From the NCBI RefSeq assembly GCF_009914755.1, contig NC_060930.1: a stretch of 64,000 nucleotides of DNA; one strand, 5' to 3'. Position numbers and translations under genes: made by a program. Under the pieces are notes generated by a model. It did not search any database, had not been told where the DNA came from, and was given only the letters and a program-made list of their open reading frames with translations. The first letter of the stretch is position 1. Every line of letters begins with the position of its first letter. The stretch is from the human T2T-CHM13v2.0 reference genome, Homo sapiens. Positions 1-30,981 of this stretch are shown here, piece by piece.

Positions 1-14
1 CTTCTCTCCCCCAG

Positions 15-2858
<2,844 letters not shown>

Positions 2859-3133
2859 GCCCAATCCCACACCCTGCAGAGTTCTCCCCTCTCTCTGATC
2901 CAGGCCGGGCCTATACAGAGGTGCTGGCTGCTTGTTTACATTCTCCTCTGGGGCTCTACCTCTCCACACTTCCCCAGAAGGGAAAAGGGCACCCTGGATT
3001 ACTCTTTGGAAATCACTCCTTGGTGGGCAGCATCCTGAGGCTTCCCCAGAACCAGGCCTCTGCTCTGGCCCTCTTGCATCTGGAACGCCAGGTGGGTTTT
3101 TCTGGCATAGGAGCCCACTTGCATTTTCATAGT

Positions 3134-3139
3134 TTTATT
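3134..3139 (-). terminator. AATAAA poly(A) signal of DLK2
   Basis: tttatt on the + strand, ~170 nt after the DLK2 stop. Confidence 0.75.
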
Positions 3140-3167
3140 TGATAAAATTCCATCTTACATTCTGTGT

Positions 3168-3173
3168 ATTAAA
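3168..3173 (+). terminator. ATTAAA poly(A) signal of ABCC10
   Basis: ATTAAA ~310 nt after the stop, followed by GT-rich downstream sequence. Confidence 0.7.
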
Positions 3174-3305
3174 AAAATAATATTTCTGGTGTGAGGCTGA
3201 GGTCTCCTCTGTGTGTGTACCCAAGCTGAAGGGTGGTGAGAACGGACCACTCCAGTCTGAGGGGTGGAAGAGGTGAGGAAGGGGGCCAGAAAGCCCCCAC
3301 CTCCA

Positions 3306-7592
<4,287 letters not shown>

Positions 7593-9198
7593 GGTCAGCG
7601 CCGGCCCCAGGAGGGACGGACGGATGGACGGCCGGACGCGTGGACACCTGTGGGACGGCACCGGTTGGGAGGCGGCCGGACGCGGAGATAGCGGCACGGA
7701 TACGGGTTCCAAGTGACAGGAGCCGACGAGGGAGAGGGGCGCCGGGACAGAAGAAGGGGATGGGGGTAGCGGGAGGATGGGGGCAGGGAAGGGTTGAGCA
7801 GGCGAAGAGAGCGAGGAGAGCGAAGACAGGAACCCGGGAGCGGGGTCTGCAAGGAGGGGAAAGATGGGCATCGCGGAGCGAGGCCAGGCGCGGGAATGGC
7901 TGGGGTTGGGATCGTAGTCAGGACGGAGGGGTCCGCGGGATGGGGACAGCGCCGAGAGGCGGCCTCGAGCACGGAGGGGACGCGGGGGCCGGAGGGAAGG
8001 ACGGTTCCCGGCAGCGAGCAGTCTCCGCCCCACAGCTCCGACAGCCCCCCCCCCCGCCACCACCACTCTCTCCCACGTCCCCTTTCTATCTCCGCCGCGC
8101 TGGGTTCGGCGGCGGCGCGGGGCCTGGAATCCCCACCGCGCCCTGTCCCCGCAGTCCTCACCTCCGGCGGGGAGGTGGCGCGCCCCGGGGCGCAGAGAGA
8201 GGCCGGATCCGACGGGCGCCGCCGAGGGGCCGTGAGGGAGCGCGGGGCCGCCCCTAGCTGGCCGCGGGGCCGGGCGCCGAAGCGGCTGCCATGCGAGCCG
8301 AGCGCTCGGGAATCTGGGGCTCCAGGCGACCCCGAGCGGCGGCAGCGGCTGCTCCTCGCGCGCGCTCAGGCCCCCTGCCAGGGGCGGAGCCCGCCCCCAC
8401 CCCCATCCCCCCCCCCGCGACGCACGGCGCACACCTAGCACCCGGCGCGCCCCGGGGCCCCGGCCCTCCGCGGCTACCCAACGCCCCGAACCCAGCTTCC
8501 TTCCAAGAGAGGAGGAAATCTTAGGAGTCTCAATGGGAGCAAACTATTAAGCCAAAGGAGCGCAACCCCGTTATTCTCTCATCTCCCATGCCCACTTTCC
8601 CGACCAGCGCTCCGCGGCCCACGCCCCAGCCCTGCCTTCGCTTGTCCGCCGCTCATCACGCTTCTCATATAGATCTATGCACACGCAGGCAATCGCTCCC
8701 CGCCCTCCGCCTGTCACCAGCCCACGCCTCCCCGCTTGTAAAGCCTTCATCACCTGCTTCATCTGTGTGCTCCTCTGCTCCTCCTCGCCCTCCGCTTCTT
8801 CCTGTCCACGTTGCCGTCTCCAGCCTTCCAAGATCAACCTATCCCTATATAAATATCAACCCGATCCACCCAACCACACCCCGGCCCTACCCCCACCACC
8901 CTTCCCTCCCTCAAGTCTCAGCCCTTCCACCCCATTCCTTTTTGTGACTGCCTCTGAGAATCCTTTCTGGACTGGGAATGCCCCTGACTCTGTAAATGTG
9001 CACACAAAACCCCCTCCACCGCCAAGTCTTCTCCTGTACCCCATCACGTTCGTCCTTGGCCTCAGGCTAAACCTCAACTGCCCAAACCTGGAGCTCAGAT
9101 TCAGAGAGTAACGGAGGGGGAGTGGGGGAAAGCTGCCCTCCAGGCCTCTTTGCCCCCTTCTGGCTAATGGCTCAGAGACACATTTCAAGACAAGGACC

Positions 9199-9503
9199 CA
9201 GCCAAGCTCGGTGGGCTCACGCCTATAATTCCAGCACTTTGGGAGGCTGAGGCGGGCGGATCACCTGAGGTCAGGAGTTCGAGACCAGCCTGGCCAACAT
9301 GGTGAAACCCGTCTCTATTAAAAATACAGAAATTAGCCAGGCGTGGTGGTGCGCGCCTGTAATCCCAGCTACTCGGAAGGCTGAGGCAGGAAAATCGCTT
9401 GAAAACCCGGGAGGCAGACGTTGCAGTTAGCCAAGATCGCGCCACTGCACTCCAGCTTGGGGGACAGAGCAAAACTCCGACCCCCGCCCCCCCCCAAAAA
9501 AAG
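9199..9503 (+). mobile_element. Alu
   Basis: Alu consensus; aagacaaggaccca(g) on both sides (TSD). Confidence 0.9.
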
Positions 9504-10107
9504 ACAAGGACCCAGAACATAATTTCTAGTTTGTGCAGGACAACAGGGCAGAGGTCAGGAACGCTAGCGCCCATCTCTAGTCCTTCAGATTGAGATTTCA
9601 CCATCTTTAAATTCAAAACATCGGAAGGAGCAGTCGCTAGTCGGGGCAGAGCAGCTTCCCACCTTCACACAGCCACCTCCACAGGCACAGAGCCCCAGGG
9701 CTCATTTTTCCTGCAGTCTCCATTGGATATAACACTTACACCCACTCAGCTCCCTAGCTGGCCTCCTCTCAGCTGTGATCGCCTCTTCCCTGAAGAGCTC
9801 TCTGAATTTGAGTAATGACATGGCTGTACCATTCATTTTGTTTAAACACATTTTTTTTTTTGGTGAAAAATTGCAAACAACCTATAATTCAAAAATTACT
9901 GTAGGCAAATAAATTATGGCACATCAACACTATGTGACTGTTAAAAATACTTTTTTTTTTTTTTGACGTCTAAAGATGTCCAAAAAAGCTAAGAATATGT
10001 AAAGTGCGGTGGGGGGAAGCCGGAAACAAAGAAGAACGTACTTTGACATTGGCAGTGCTTTTCTCTGGATGATCGAATTATAGAGGTTTTTTTTTTTTTC
10101 TTATTAA

Positions 10108-11940
<1,833 letters not shown>

Positions 11941-12597
11941 CACCCACAATCCTACTAGCTTGAGAAAACCACAATTATTGTTGTTTTGATTCCTTTTTTC
12001 CATTCAGATATTTTTACAGAGGTATAATCATAATGTACCTACAGTATTGTATCCTGCTTTTTTTTACTCCATGTCATATATTGATAGTTCTCAAAAGCAT
12101 TTTTTATGGCTATGTGATATTCCATTAAATAGATATACTATATTTACTTTACTTAGCCCTAGTTATTGGCTGCTTAGGTTGTTTACTTTTTTTGTCATTA
12201 TAAATTCATTCAACAAATATTGAGTAGTCATATATTACCATTAGATACCAGAGCCACTGAGGATACAGCTCCCAGATAATATTTATTAGTGCCACACATT
12301 TTTATGAAGGTAGGTTTTTTCCCCATGTTTTAGGCTCCTTCCTTATGATCAAGTCTGAATTGATGAGTGACTGAGTCAAAGAAGTCATGAAAAATAAATT
12401 CTTTTTAACTGATAAAATGTACTGAGATTCACTCATGAAATAATAAAGGTAGTTGATGCCATTAGAGGTATCACTTAGTGCCCCCTTGTGCTTTGAAGAT
12501 TTTAGCACCTGGCTTGTCAGTCTCTTCACTCTCACTTCTGTCAAATTATTGGTGATTCTTGATGATTCAATATGACATAGACAGTTCTTCCAACAAG

Positions 12598-13126
12598 TGT
12601 GATAGATTGCAAAGATGGCCACTTTTCTTCCTCCTGTTCTACAAGACGCTTTGCAATTATTTTGCTGCTTTTCCCAGCAAGAGGTGGAGTATATTTCTCA
12701 ACCTCTTGCTTGAATCTGGGCTGGCCTTATGACTTGCTTTAGCTGATAGAATGGGGTAGAAATGATGTTGTGTGAGTTCCTAGGGTCTAGGTCTCAAGAG
12801 ACTTGCAGCTTGCCGCTTTGCCTCTTAGAATGCTTCCAACATCATGTCAAGAAGTCCATCTAGCCTACTGGAAGATGAAACGCCCCGTGGAGGAGAGCTG
12901 AGGTACCCTGGCCAACAACCACTAGACGTGCAGTCATATTGGATTACCTGGCCCCAGTTAAGCTTCCAGATGACTGCAGCCACATGAGTGAACCTAGGCA
13001 AGACAAACAGAAGAACTGCTCAGCAGAGCCCAGCCCATATTGCCAAGCTATAAGCAGATAAATGGTGGTTGTTTTAAGCCACTAAATTTTGGAATGGTTT
13101 GTTAATATAGCAATAGATATCTGATA
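12598..13126 (+). mobile_element. MLT1-type (ERVL-MaLR) LTR
   Basis: tgtg..aaagatggcc start, gaatctgggctggcct core and ttttaagccactaa..gtttgtta..gcaatagata end, recognised as MaLR MLT1; subfamily uncertain. Confidence 0.7.
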
Positions 13127-13334
13127 AAACCAGCTTCTCATTTCCTTGATTTCTTCCTCTCCAGTGAGAAAGATGATCCCACCCTAAACCTTGTTGCTAC
13201 CAATAGCTTCACACACTCCATCATCTCTATTTTAAGTATCACACTTTCCTATTACCAACTCCTATCTTTCCAGACCATGACCTCTAGCACCTTGGCTCAA
13301 ACAATTCTGCTAACCCACTGCGATCTCTCATAAA

Positions 13335-18597
<5,263 letters not shown>

Positions 18598-18704
18598 TAG
18601 GTGACTTCCCCAGTCATAGAGCTAGTGAATGATGAAGCTGGGGTTCAGACCCAGGCCCATCTTTCCCCTGGGCCATGCTATTGATCTAGGTGATTATGCA
18701 AGGG

Positions 18705-19236
18705 TGTGGCAAATTGTATTTTCCAAAGATGGCTACCATAAGACCTCCCATCTCACACGTTTCCCTTATAATGTGTGACTTTGACACTCCTCCCTTTAGG
18801 CTCCCTTTAGGCAGCCTTGTGACTATGGTAGAAGTGATATTATGTGACTTTTGAGGTTAGATGACAAAAGATGATACAGCTTTCTCCTTATTCTCTTGGG
18901 ACACTTGTCTTGGAGACATGAGTAATCAGTCTGATTGCCCTGAGGTCATCAAGTTGTGGGGAAGCCCAAACTAGCCCCATTGGGGAGGCTACCACAAGGA
19001 GAGGGCTGGAGAGTATGTGAATGAACAGAGATGCCCAGACAGACCTGGGCTGCTCCAGCCCCTGCTGGTTTACCTCCAGCCACCGACTGACTGCAGCTAT
19101 ATGAGACACAAAGTCAGAACCACCCAGCTGAGTCCTGACTGAGTCCCTGACCCACAGAAATTGGACAGATAATAAAATGTCTCAAGCCACTAGGCTTTGA
19201 GGTGATTTGTTCTATGCAGTGATAGATAACTAGAAT
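18705..19236 (+). mobile_element. MLT1-type (ERVL-MaLR) LTR
   Basis: tgtggc..ttccaaagatggc start; aagccactag..gtgatttgtt..gcag..atagataact end. Confidence 0.7.
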
Positions 19237-20099
19237 AAAGGGAGTGGGATAACCTTTGCAGTATCCTGTGGGGGCAAGTCCCTTCTTTCTGGGCCTAAGT
19301 TTCCCTTGAAAACAGAGGGAGTTCACTCAATGGTCTCTAAGGATGTTTTCAGCCCTGATGTTTGGTGCTTATCCATAATGTTGCCACATCCCTCTCTGCC
19401 CATTTTCACTGCCTCCATTCCATTCCATTATGCTATCATTCCATTATTCCCAGAGAGAAAATGAATGCCCTCAGACATCAAGGGATGTCTATGGATCTGC
19501 TGAGGAAAGGCAGGTGCGTGCCTCTGGCTCCAATCTGCTTGAGATCTCTGGAAGTGCAGATGTGGTGTAATGAAGTGAAGTGCACAGGATTTGGAATCTG
19601 GTCACTGATTGGCATTGGTTGTGTGATCCTGAGAAAGTCTCATAAACTTCTCAGGCCTCAGTTTCCCCACTTGTGAAATGGGGAGAATAGCACCAGCCCT
19701 GCTCTCTAACAGGGTCCCTGTGAGGGTAGAATGAGAGAGTGTGTATAAAAGTCAGGTATGTGTACAGGAGGTTAGAGAGTGGGGGCTGAGGTGAGTGGTT
19801 GTGGAGGCATTGGGGGATCCCTGGTAAAGTCAGTTTCCTACCCTGGAGCAGGAGAGGGGGTTGGCAACAGAAGCAATGACGGGAGGCTGAGCTGGGCTAT
19901 GCTGGGGCTTGCCTTTGAGCAATTGTTTCTGTCCTAGTGTCTTCAGGAATCTAGCCACTATTAGCCCCTTTACATAAAAGGCATCCTTTAGTCCAGGTTT
20001 CTGTTTCTGTGAAATTTTTCTAGCACGCCCCCTTCGCCCATTTAAAAATCACCCAGTAAAGAGGGCTTGTCTCACTGCTTGGATTTCCAAGAACATCCC

Positions 20100-20469
20100 T
20101 GATATGGTTTGGCTGCATCCCCACCCAAATTCCATCTTGAATTGTAGCTCCCATAATTCCCACGTGTTGTGGGAGGGACCTGGTGGGAGATAATTGAATC
20201 ATGGGGGTGGTTTCTCCCATACCATTCTCATGGTAGTGAATAAGTCTCACGAGGTCTGATGGTTTTATAAGGGGAAACCCCTTTCACTTGGTCCTTATTC
20301 TCCCTCTTCCCTGCCGCCATGTAGGATGTGATTTGCTCCTCCTTGCCTTCTGCCATGATTGTGAGGCCTCCCCAGCCACGTGGAACTGTGAGTCCATTAA
20401 ACCTCTTTCCTTTATAATTGCCCAGTCTCAGGTATGTCTTTGTCAGCAGCGTGAAAATGGACTAATACA
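20100..20469 (+). mobile_element. THE1 (ERVL-MaLR) solo LTR, THE1C-like
   Basis: TGATATGGTTTGGCTG...GGACTAATACA, 370 bp, TG..CA termini, perfect 5-bp TSD ATCCC (20095-20099 / 20470-20474), ATTAAA signal. Confidence 0.9.
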
Positions 20470-22531
20470 ATCCCCCACCCAATACTTGTTTTTGGCAGAA
20501 ATCCCACTATTCTTTGGGTAACTAGAGCTTAAAACCTTAAAGCCTCCTCTAACTCCTCTATTTTTTTCCAGCTGGCCACCAAATGTTGTCCAGTCCTCCT
20601 TCTCCCATGGCCCTGTGTCCATTCTGTCTGATCACCTCAGCCCTTGTCAGCACCCTCCTCACCATGCCAGGCTCATGACAAGCGTTTCCTACTTGGTCTC
20701 ACGGCCGTCAGGCCTACCGGTTTCCCTCATGCATCCAATCTGCAGTGTGCCTAGAGGCTAAACATCCTACCATGCCATTGTTATCACCTCACTCCTCAAG
20801 TCAGCAGCCTGGGATCACTCCTATGATTCTTCAGGCTGTGTGATGTCAAGGCAAGAGTACTAGAAGTCACTTCAAATTCTGGCTCTATTGTCTGCAGCTG
20901 GGTGGCCTTCAGGAGACAGCTAACCTCTCTGAGACTCCAAACCCTCACTGGTAAAATAGACGGACATTCTATGTACCAGGCACTGGTCTAAGCACTCATG
21001 TACATGAACTCTTTTGACCCTCAAGACAACTCTGTGAGGTAGGTGCTCTGCTTAACCCTCATTTACAGATGGGAAGACAGAGGCACAGACAGCTCCAGTC
21101 ATCTGCTTGTGTTCATGCAGTTAGTTAGGTGACAGCTGGGCGATGAAGCCAGGCAGTCTGCTCCAGGGACCCTACTCTTATCGCTGTCCTACCCTCGAGA
21201 AAAGTGACTGATACAGCTGGTGAGGGCCCCTGGCTGATGCTCTTCACTTCTTGGCTCTAATTTCTGCTTCCCTGCGTACAACCTAGTGGCTGTTCCTTGG
21301 AGGATTTTGGAACAGGTTGGGCTGGCAGCCTCATGACTTTAGGATCCTCCTAAGCCTGTCTTAATAGTGGCTTTCTTTTTTGGGTGGTCACTAGACACAT
21401 GAGGCTGATTTCTGGCTTTCACTCCAGACTTGAACGGTAACTATACTGCTCCAGAACACCTCAGTACCCAACCCTCAGGATTCCCTACTTTCCTGAGCAT
21501 TTTTCTGAGGACTTATCAATAAACCCCTCCTCCAGGGCCTCCACTTATAAGAATTTATCGCTCTTGGCCTCCCTACCCTTCACCTGGAGAGTGGATTCTC
21601 AAGTTTTCCTCTTCTCTCCTTAGCCTCCTTTTCACACAGAGTTTTGCGTATTACCAAATGAGAATGCAGAGACCAGAGAACAGGGAACAAGGGCTGTCAC
21701 TCTTCATTCACACCTCCATTGACCCACCCACAGATTGTGGGCAGGAGCAGGGAGGGGACCCCAACTCAGTGCCAAACATTCAATAAATGTGAGTTGAATG
21801 AGTGACTGAATTAATACAAATGAAAAAACGTGCTAGGCCCTGACCTCGAGCAACTTACCGCCTAGCAGGGCAGACATATTCACTCACCCCACATGCCCCC
21901 AATAAACAGGGGGTGCAGAGGCACCTGTGGGCCCTAGACTTCACGGAGACCCAGGGGCACGCAGAGCTGGCCCTTGTCCTCACCAGGTAAGGGATAATCC
22001 TGCCCCTGCTTGTTCTGGCCTGTCACTGCCTCTCCAAGACAGTGCTGGTCAGCCTAAGAAGTGGGGGCCCCAGGATGGAGACAGAGTCTGTGCTGGGAAG
22101 GAGTCAGGCACATCCAAGTAGCCCACCCTTTGTGAGGCCTTCTGCCAGCGCAGGGGCCTTTGGGTCCTGAAACAATGTTCTTTCCCTCTGATTGTTTCCT
22201 TCCCCCATCCTACCCCTACCTCACCACGGGAGGTGGAGCCAGCAGCCCCAGGGCTGAAATCCAAACCCAGCCATTGTTCCCTATCTTTTGGCTGTTTGAC
22301 TGTGTGCATGTCTGTGTTGGCACACTTATCGTGTGCCTCCAGGGCTGTTGTGCCAAAGCGCAGGCCCTGCATACCTTGCTTAGGATAGCTGAAAATACCT
22401 GCTCAGGGAAAGAGGGAGCTGGGCCAGGGAGGATACCGACGGTGGGCTTTAGGGTGAGTTGAAAAGTGATAGGAGGCTTTGCCCTCTGATAGGATGAGTG
22501 TGCAGTCATGCAGCTCCTATCCAAAATGTCA

Positions 22532-25948
<3,417 letters not shown>

Positions 25949-26934
25949 AAATGGTTTTAATAATATGAAGAATGCAAGTTCCCACCAAGTTTCAAGGTCT
26001 TTAAAATTACATTTCTTACACTTCCATAAAATTCAACATCCCAAGTTAGGAAAAAGTCATTACATCTAATAAAAGCTCATCCACCAAGTTGGCAGCTGTG
26101 GACTTCTATTAATAGACTGAAGAATTAGGAAATGTGTATAACTTAAATCTAGGGAAGTAGATTAAGTTATCACCTCTTGAAGTTTTGAAATCATTGTTAT
26201 AACAACCATGTATACATGGTTCAGCATCACAAAATCAGAGTCACAAATAGGAACATAGCCTCATGGCTTCACATTGTTAGTAGATAATGTTGCTGGCAAT
26301 CAAAAAGGCTGCATATGGCCTAAGGCCCTTCTAGCTGTCATAATGAACAGGTCACACGACTGTGGGGCTGAGTCCAGTATGGTTTTGACTCCTCTTTCCC
26401 AGCAATTTCCTTTAATACCTGAAGCTCAAATTGCTATCTTTGTCCACTGCTTCTATTCCAAGACCCTTTTGCCTATGTAGAGTGTGTCATGCCAACCCCG
26501 GACTCCACACCAAGCACATCTGTCCCAGCAGGGTGACTAGTCCACATAAATTAAATCATCAGAAAGGACTGCCTTGGACCTAGGTGGATTATGCCTTGAG
26601 AAATGCTTGACCATGTTTGTGCAGATGGGCCCTGCATACCTGCAGCCCTATAGACACCAACCATATGAAAATTGTCATCAAAATGAAGTGAGCCTGACTC
26701 TTCCGCAACTTGCAGCTATTTCTTAAGACCCTGAAAGCTAGAAGGACCCCTAATTTTTACCACTTTCCTCATGGTTCTCTCACAAAGATAGAGAACAACT
26801 ATTTTATTGTGGCCTAATAAATATTTAGGTACATAAGTGGGTTTGTCCATCCACAGAGGGAGGAATGATGAAGCAAACCAGCCTCGCTACAATGAAAATA
26901 ACTTTATCTCTCATATGTTAAAAGTTAAAAACTT

Positions 26935-27038
26935 GTGCTTGCTTCAGCAGCACATATACTAAAACTGGAATGATTCAGGGAAGATTAGCATGGCCCCTGT
27001 GCAAGGATGATACATGAATTCGTAAAGCCTTCCATATT
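26935..27038 (+). pseudogene. U6 snRNA retropseudogene
   Basis: Full-length colinear match to U6 (GTGCT..GCAGCACATATACTAAAA..GATTAGCATGGCCCCTG..TTCCATATT). The ACAGAGA box is mutated to TCAGGGA, CpGs have decayed, and an A-rich tail follows. Confidence 0.93.
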
Positions 27039-27051
27039 AAAAATAATAATA

Positions 27052-29570
<2,519 letters not shown>

Positions 29571-30229
29571 GGAAAACATGCCATTTATTCATTAGGCAAT
29601 TATTGTGTGCCAAGCACCTGCTAGGGAGTATGAAGATGCAATCAAACATAGTTTTTGCCCTGAAGAAGCAGCAGGGCAAAAGTGGTATAACATGTAAATA
29701 AATAATTACACTGCACGGGACAGCTACAGTAAAGCTATGTACAAGTTGCTAGTGATGCCCAGCAAAAGGAGCACTAAAGGGAAATCTTTCTGGGGGAGGT
29801 GACATTTTAGCTGATGGTTTGAAGGAATAGGAGGAATTGATGATGCAAAGGAGGAGGAGAGAGATTAGACATCTTAAGGCCCGATGTCCTGAAAACAAAG
29901 GACAATTTGGGAACCTGAAGTTCCCAGGAGAGGCAAAAAATGAGGCTGATGAAGGTGGAAGAGCCTGGATCATGCGGATCTTTGAATGCCAAACTGAAAA
30001 GCTGGTTTTATTCTCTGGATGACGGGGAACCAGTAGCACGATTCTCTCTCCCACTGTATCTTTGAGATGTGTTCCCCTATTCTTTTTTTTTTTTTTTTTC
30101 TTTCAGTACTGGATTCTTTCCCCGCTTCCCGCTATTGCCCTGCTCCTGACACCTCCTTCCTTCTGTGGCCAGTCCTCCAATCCCTGCTTTCAGGAGAGCC
30201 CCATTTTTCACCATCACCTACCTAGTGTC

Positions 30230-30720
30230 CCACCTCCCCAACCCGAGGCCCCGCCCCCATGGCCCCGCCTCAGATGACGCGACACGCCAAGTGCGTGGGG
30301 ATTCCCGCGGCCCTGGCCACTACCCGGCCTGCCCCGCGGCAAGATGGCGGCCTGAACGCAGCTGGCAGCGGCGGAAAGTTTGTTGTGGGGTTGGAGTAGT
30401 CGGGCGGGGAAGCCAGAGTTGGGGGGGATTGCGGGGGCCCTAGCCTGTAGTAGGGGCGAAGGGGGTACTGGCTCCAGGGTTGAAAAGAGGAGATGGAATG
30501 GAGTAAGGTCCGAGGCGGAGAGGAAAAAAAGGAGCTGGGGCGGACCGGGGCCCTAGGGTCCAGTGGCAGCCCTAGGGGAGGGGGATTTGGGGGCGGGGCA
30601 GCCAGAAGTAGGTGTTGTGCAGGCCCTGGAGAAGCAGAGTCACAAGTTGGAGGAAAATTTCTTAGCCGCGAATAAAGAAGCCTGGAGCGTGGGATAGAGG
30701 CCCGACTGTATCTGGCCGGC
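30230..30720 (+). promoter_or_regulatory. TJAP1 CpG-island promoter: GC boxes, CRE half-site TGACGC (~30275), YY1/TISU CAAGATGGCGGC (30340-30351)
   Basis: Local CpG enrichment and motifs seen directly; upstream of the TJAP1 exons. Confidence 0.8.
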
Positions 30721-30835
30721 CAGAGGGGAAAGGGATCTTTCTAGTAGAGTGGGATAGTGAGGAAGAGAGATCTGGAGGATGCCGGGCAGATCTGCTAAGG
30801 AGGGAACTAAAGCCAGTCAAATGACCCTCTTCTAG

Positions 30836-30981
30836 GCTTAGATCAGCCTTTCCACAGCTGTTAGCAGCATCTGCCCCAATTTCAGCTGAAGATTCAGGTG
30901 CCCCAGGGACTGGAAGAAATTACAGTGCCTACTTGGAAAGAAGAAGAGATAGCGACTTGCCCCAGTCCAACCCCAGAGCGG
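30836..30981 (+). other. TJAP1: Probable TJAP1 5'-UTR exon
   Basis: ctcttctag| acceptor and CGG|gtaagg donor just downstream of the promoter; additional internal AGs present. Confidence 0.6.

Noticed and set aside
26260-26860. Repeat-free ~600-bp segment that might be a decayed retrocopy or transposase (LLVDNVAG resembles a pogo/Tigger motif)
   Set aside because: The frames I translated by hand are interrupted by stops and I could not recognise a parent. A BLASTX/Dfam search is needed.
26935-27038. Functional U6 gene
   Set aside because: The essential ACAGAGA box is mutated, an A-tail is present, and no PSE/TATA arrangement was recognised upstream.
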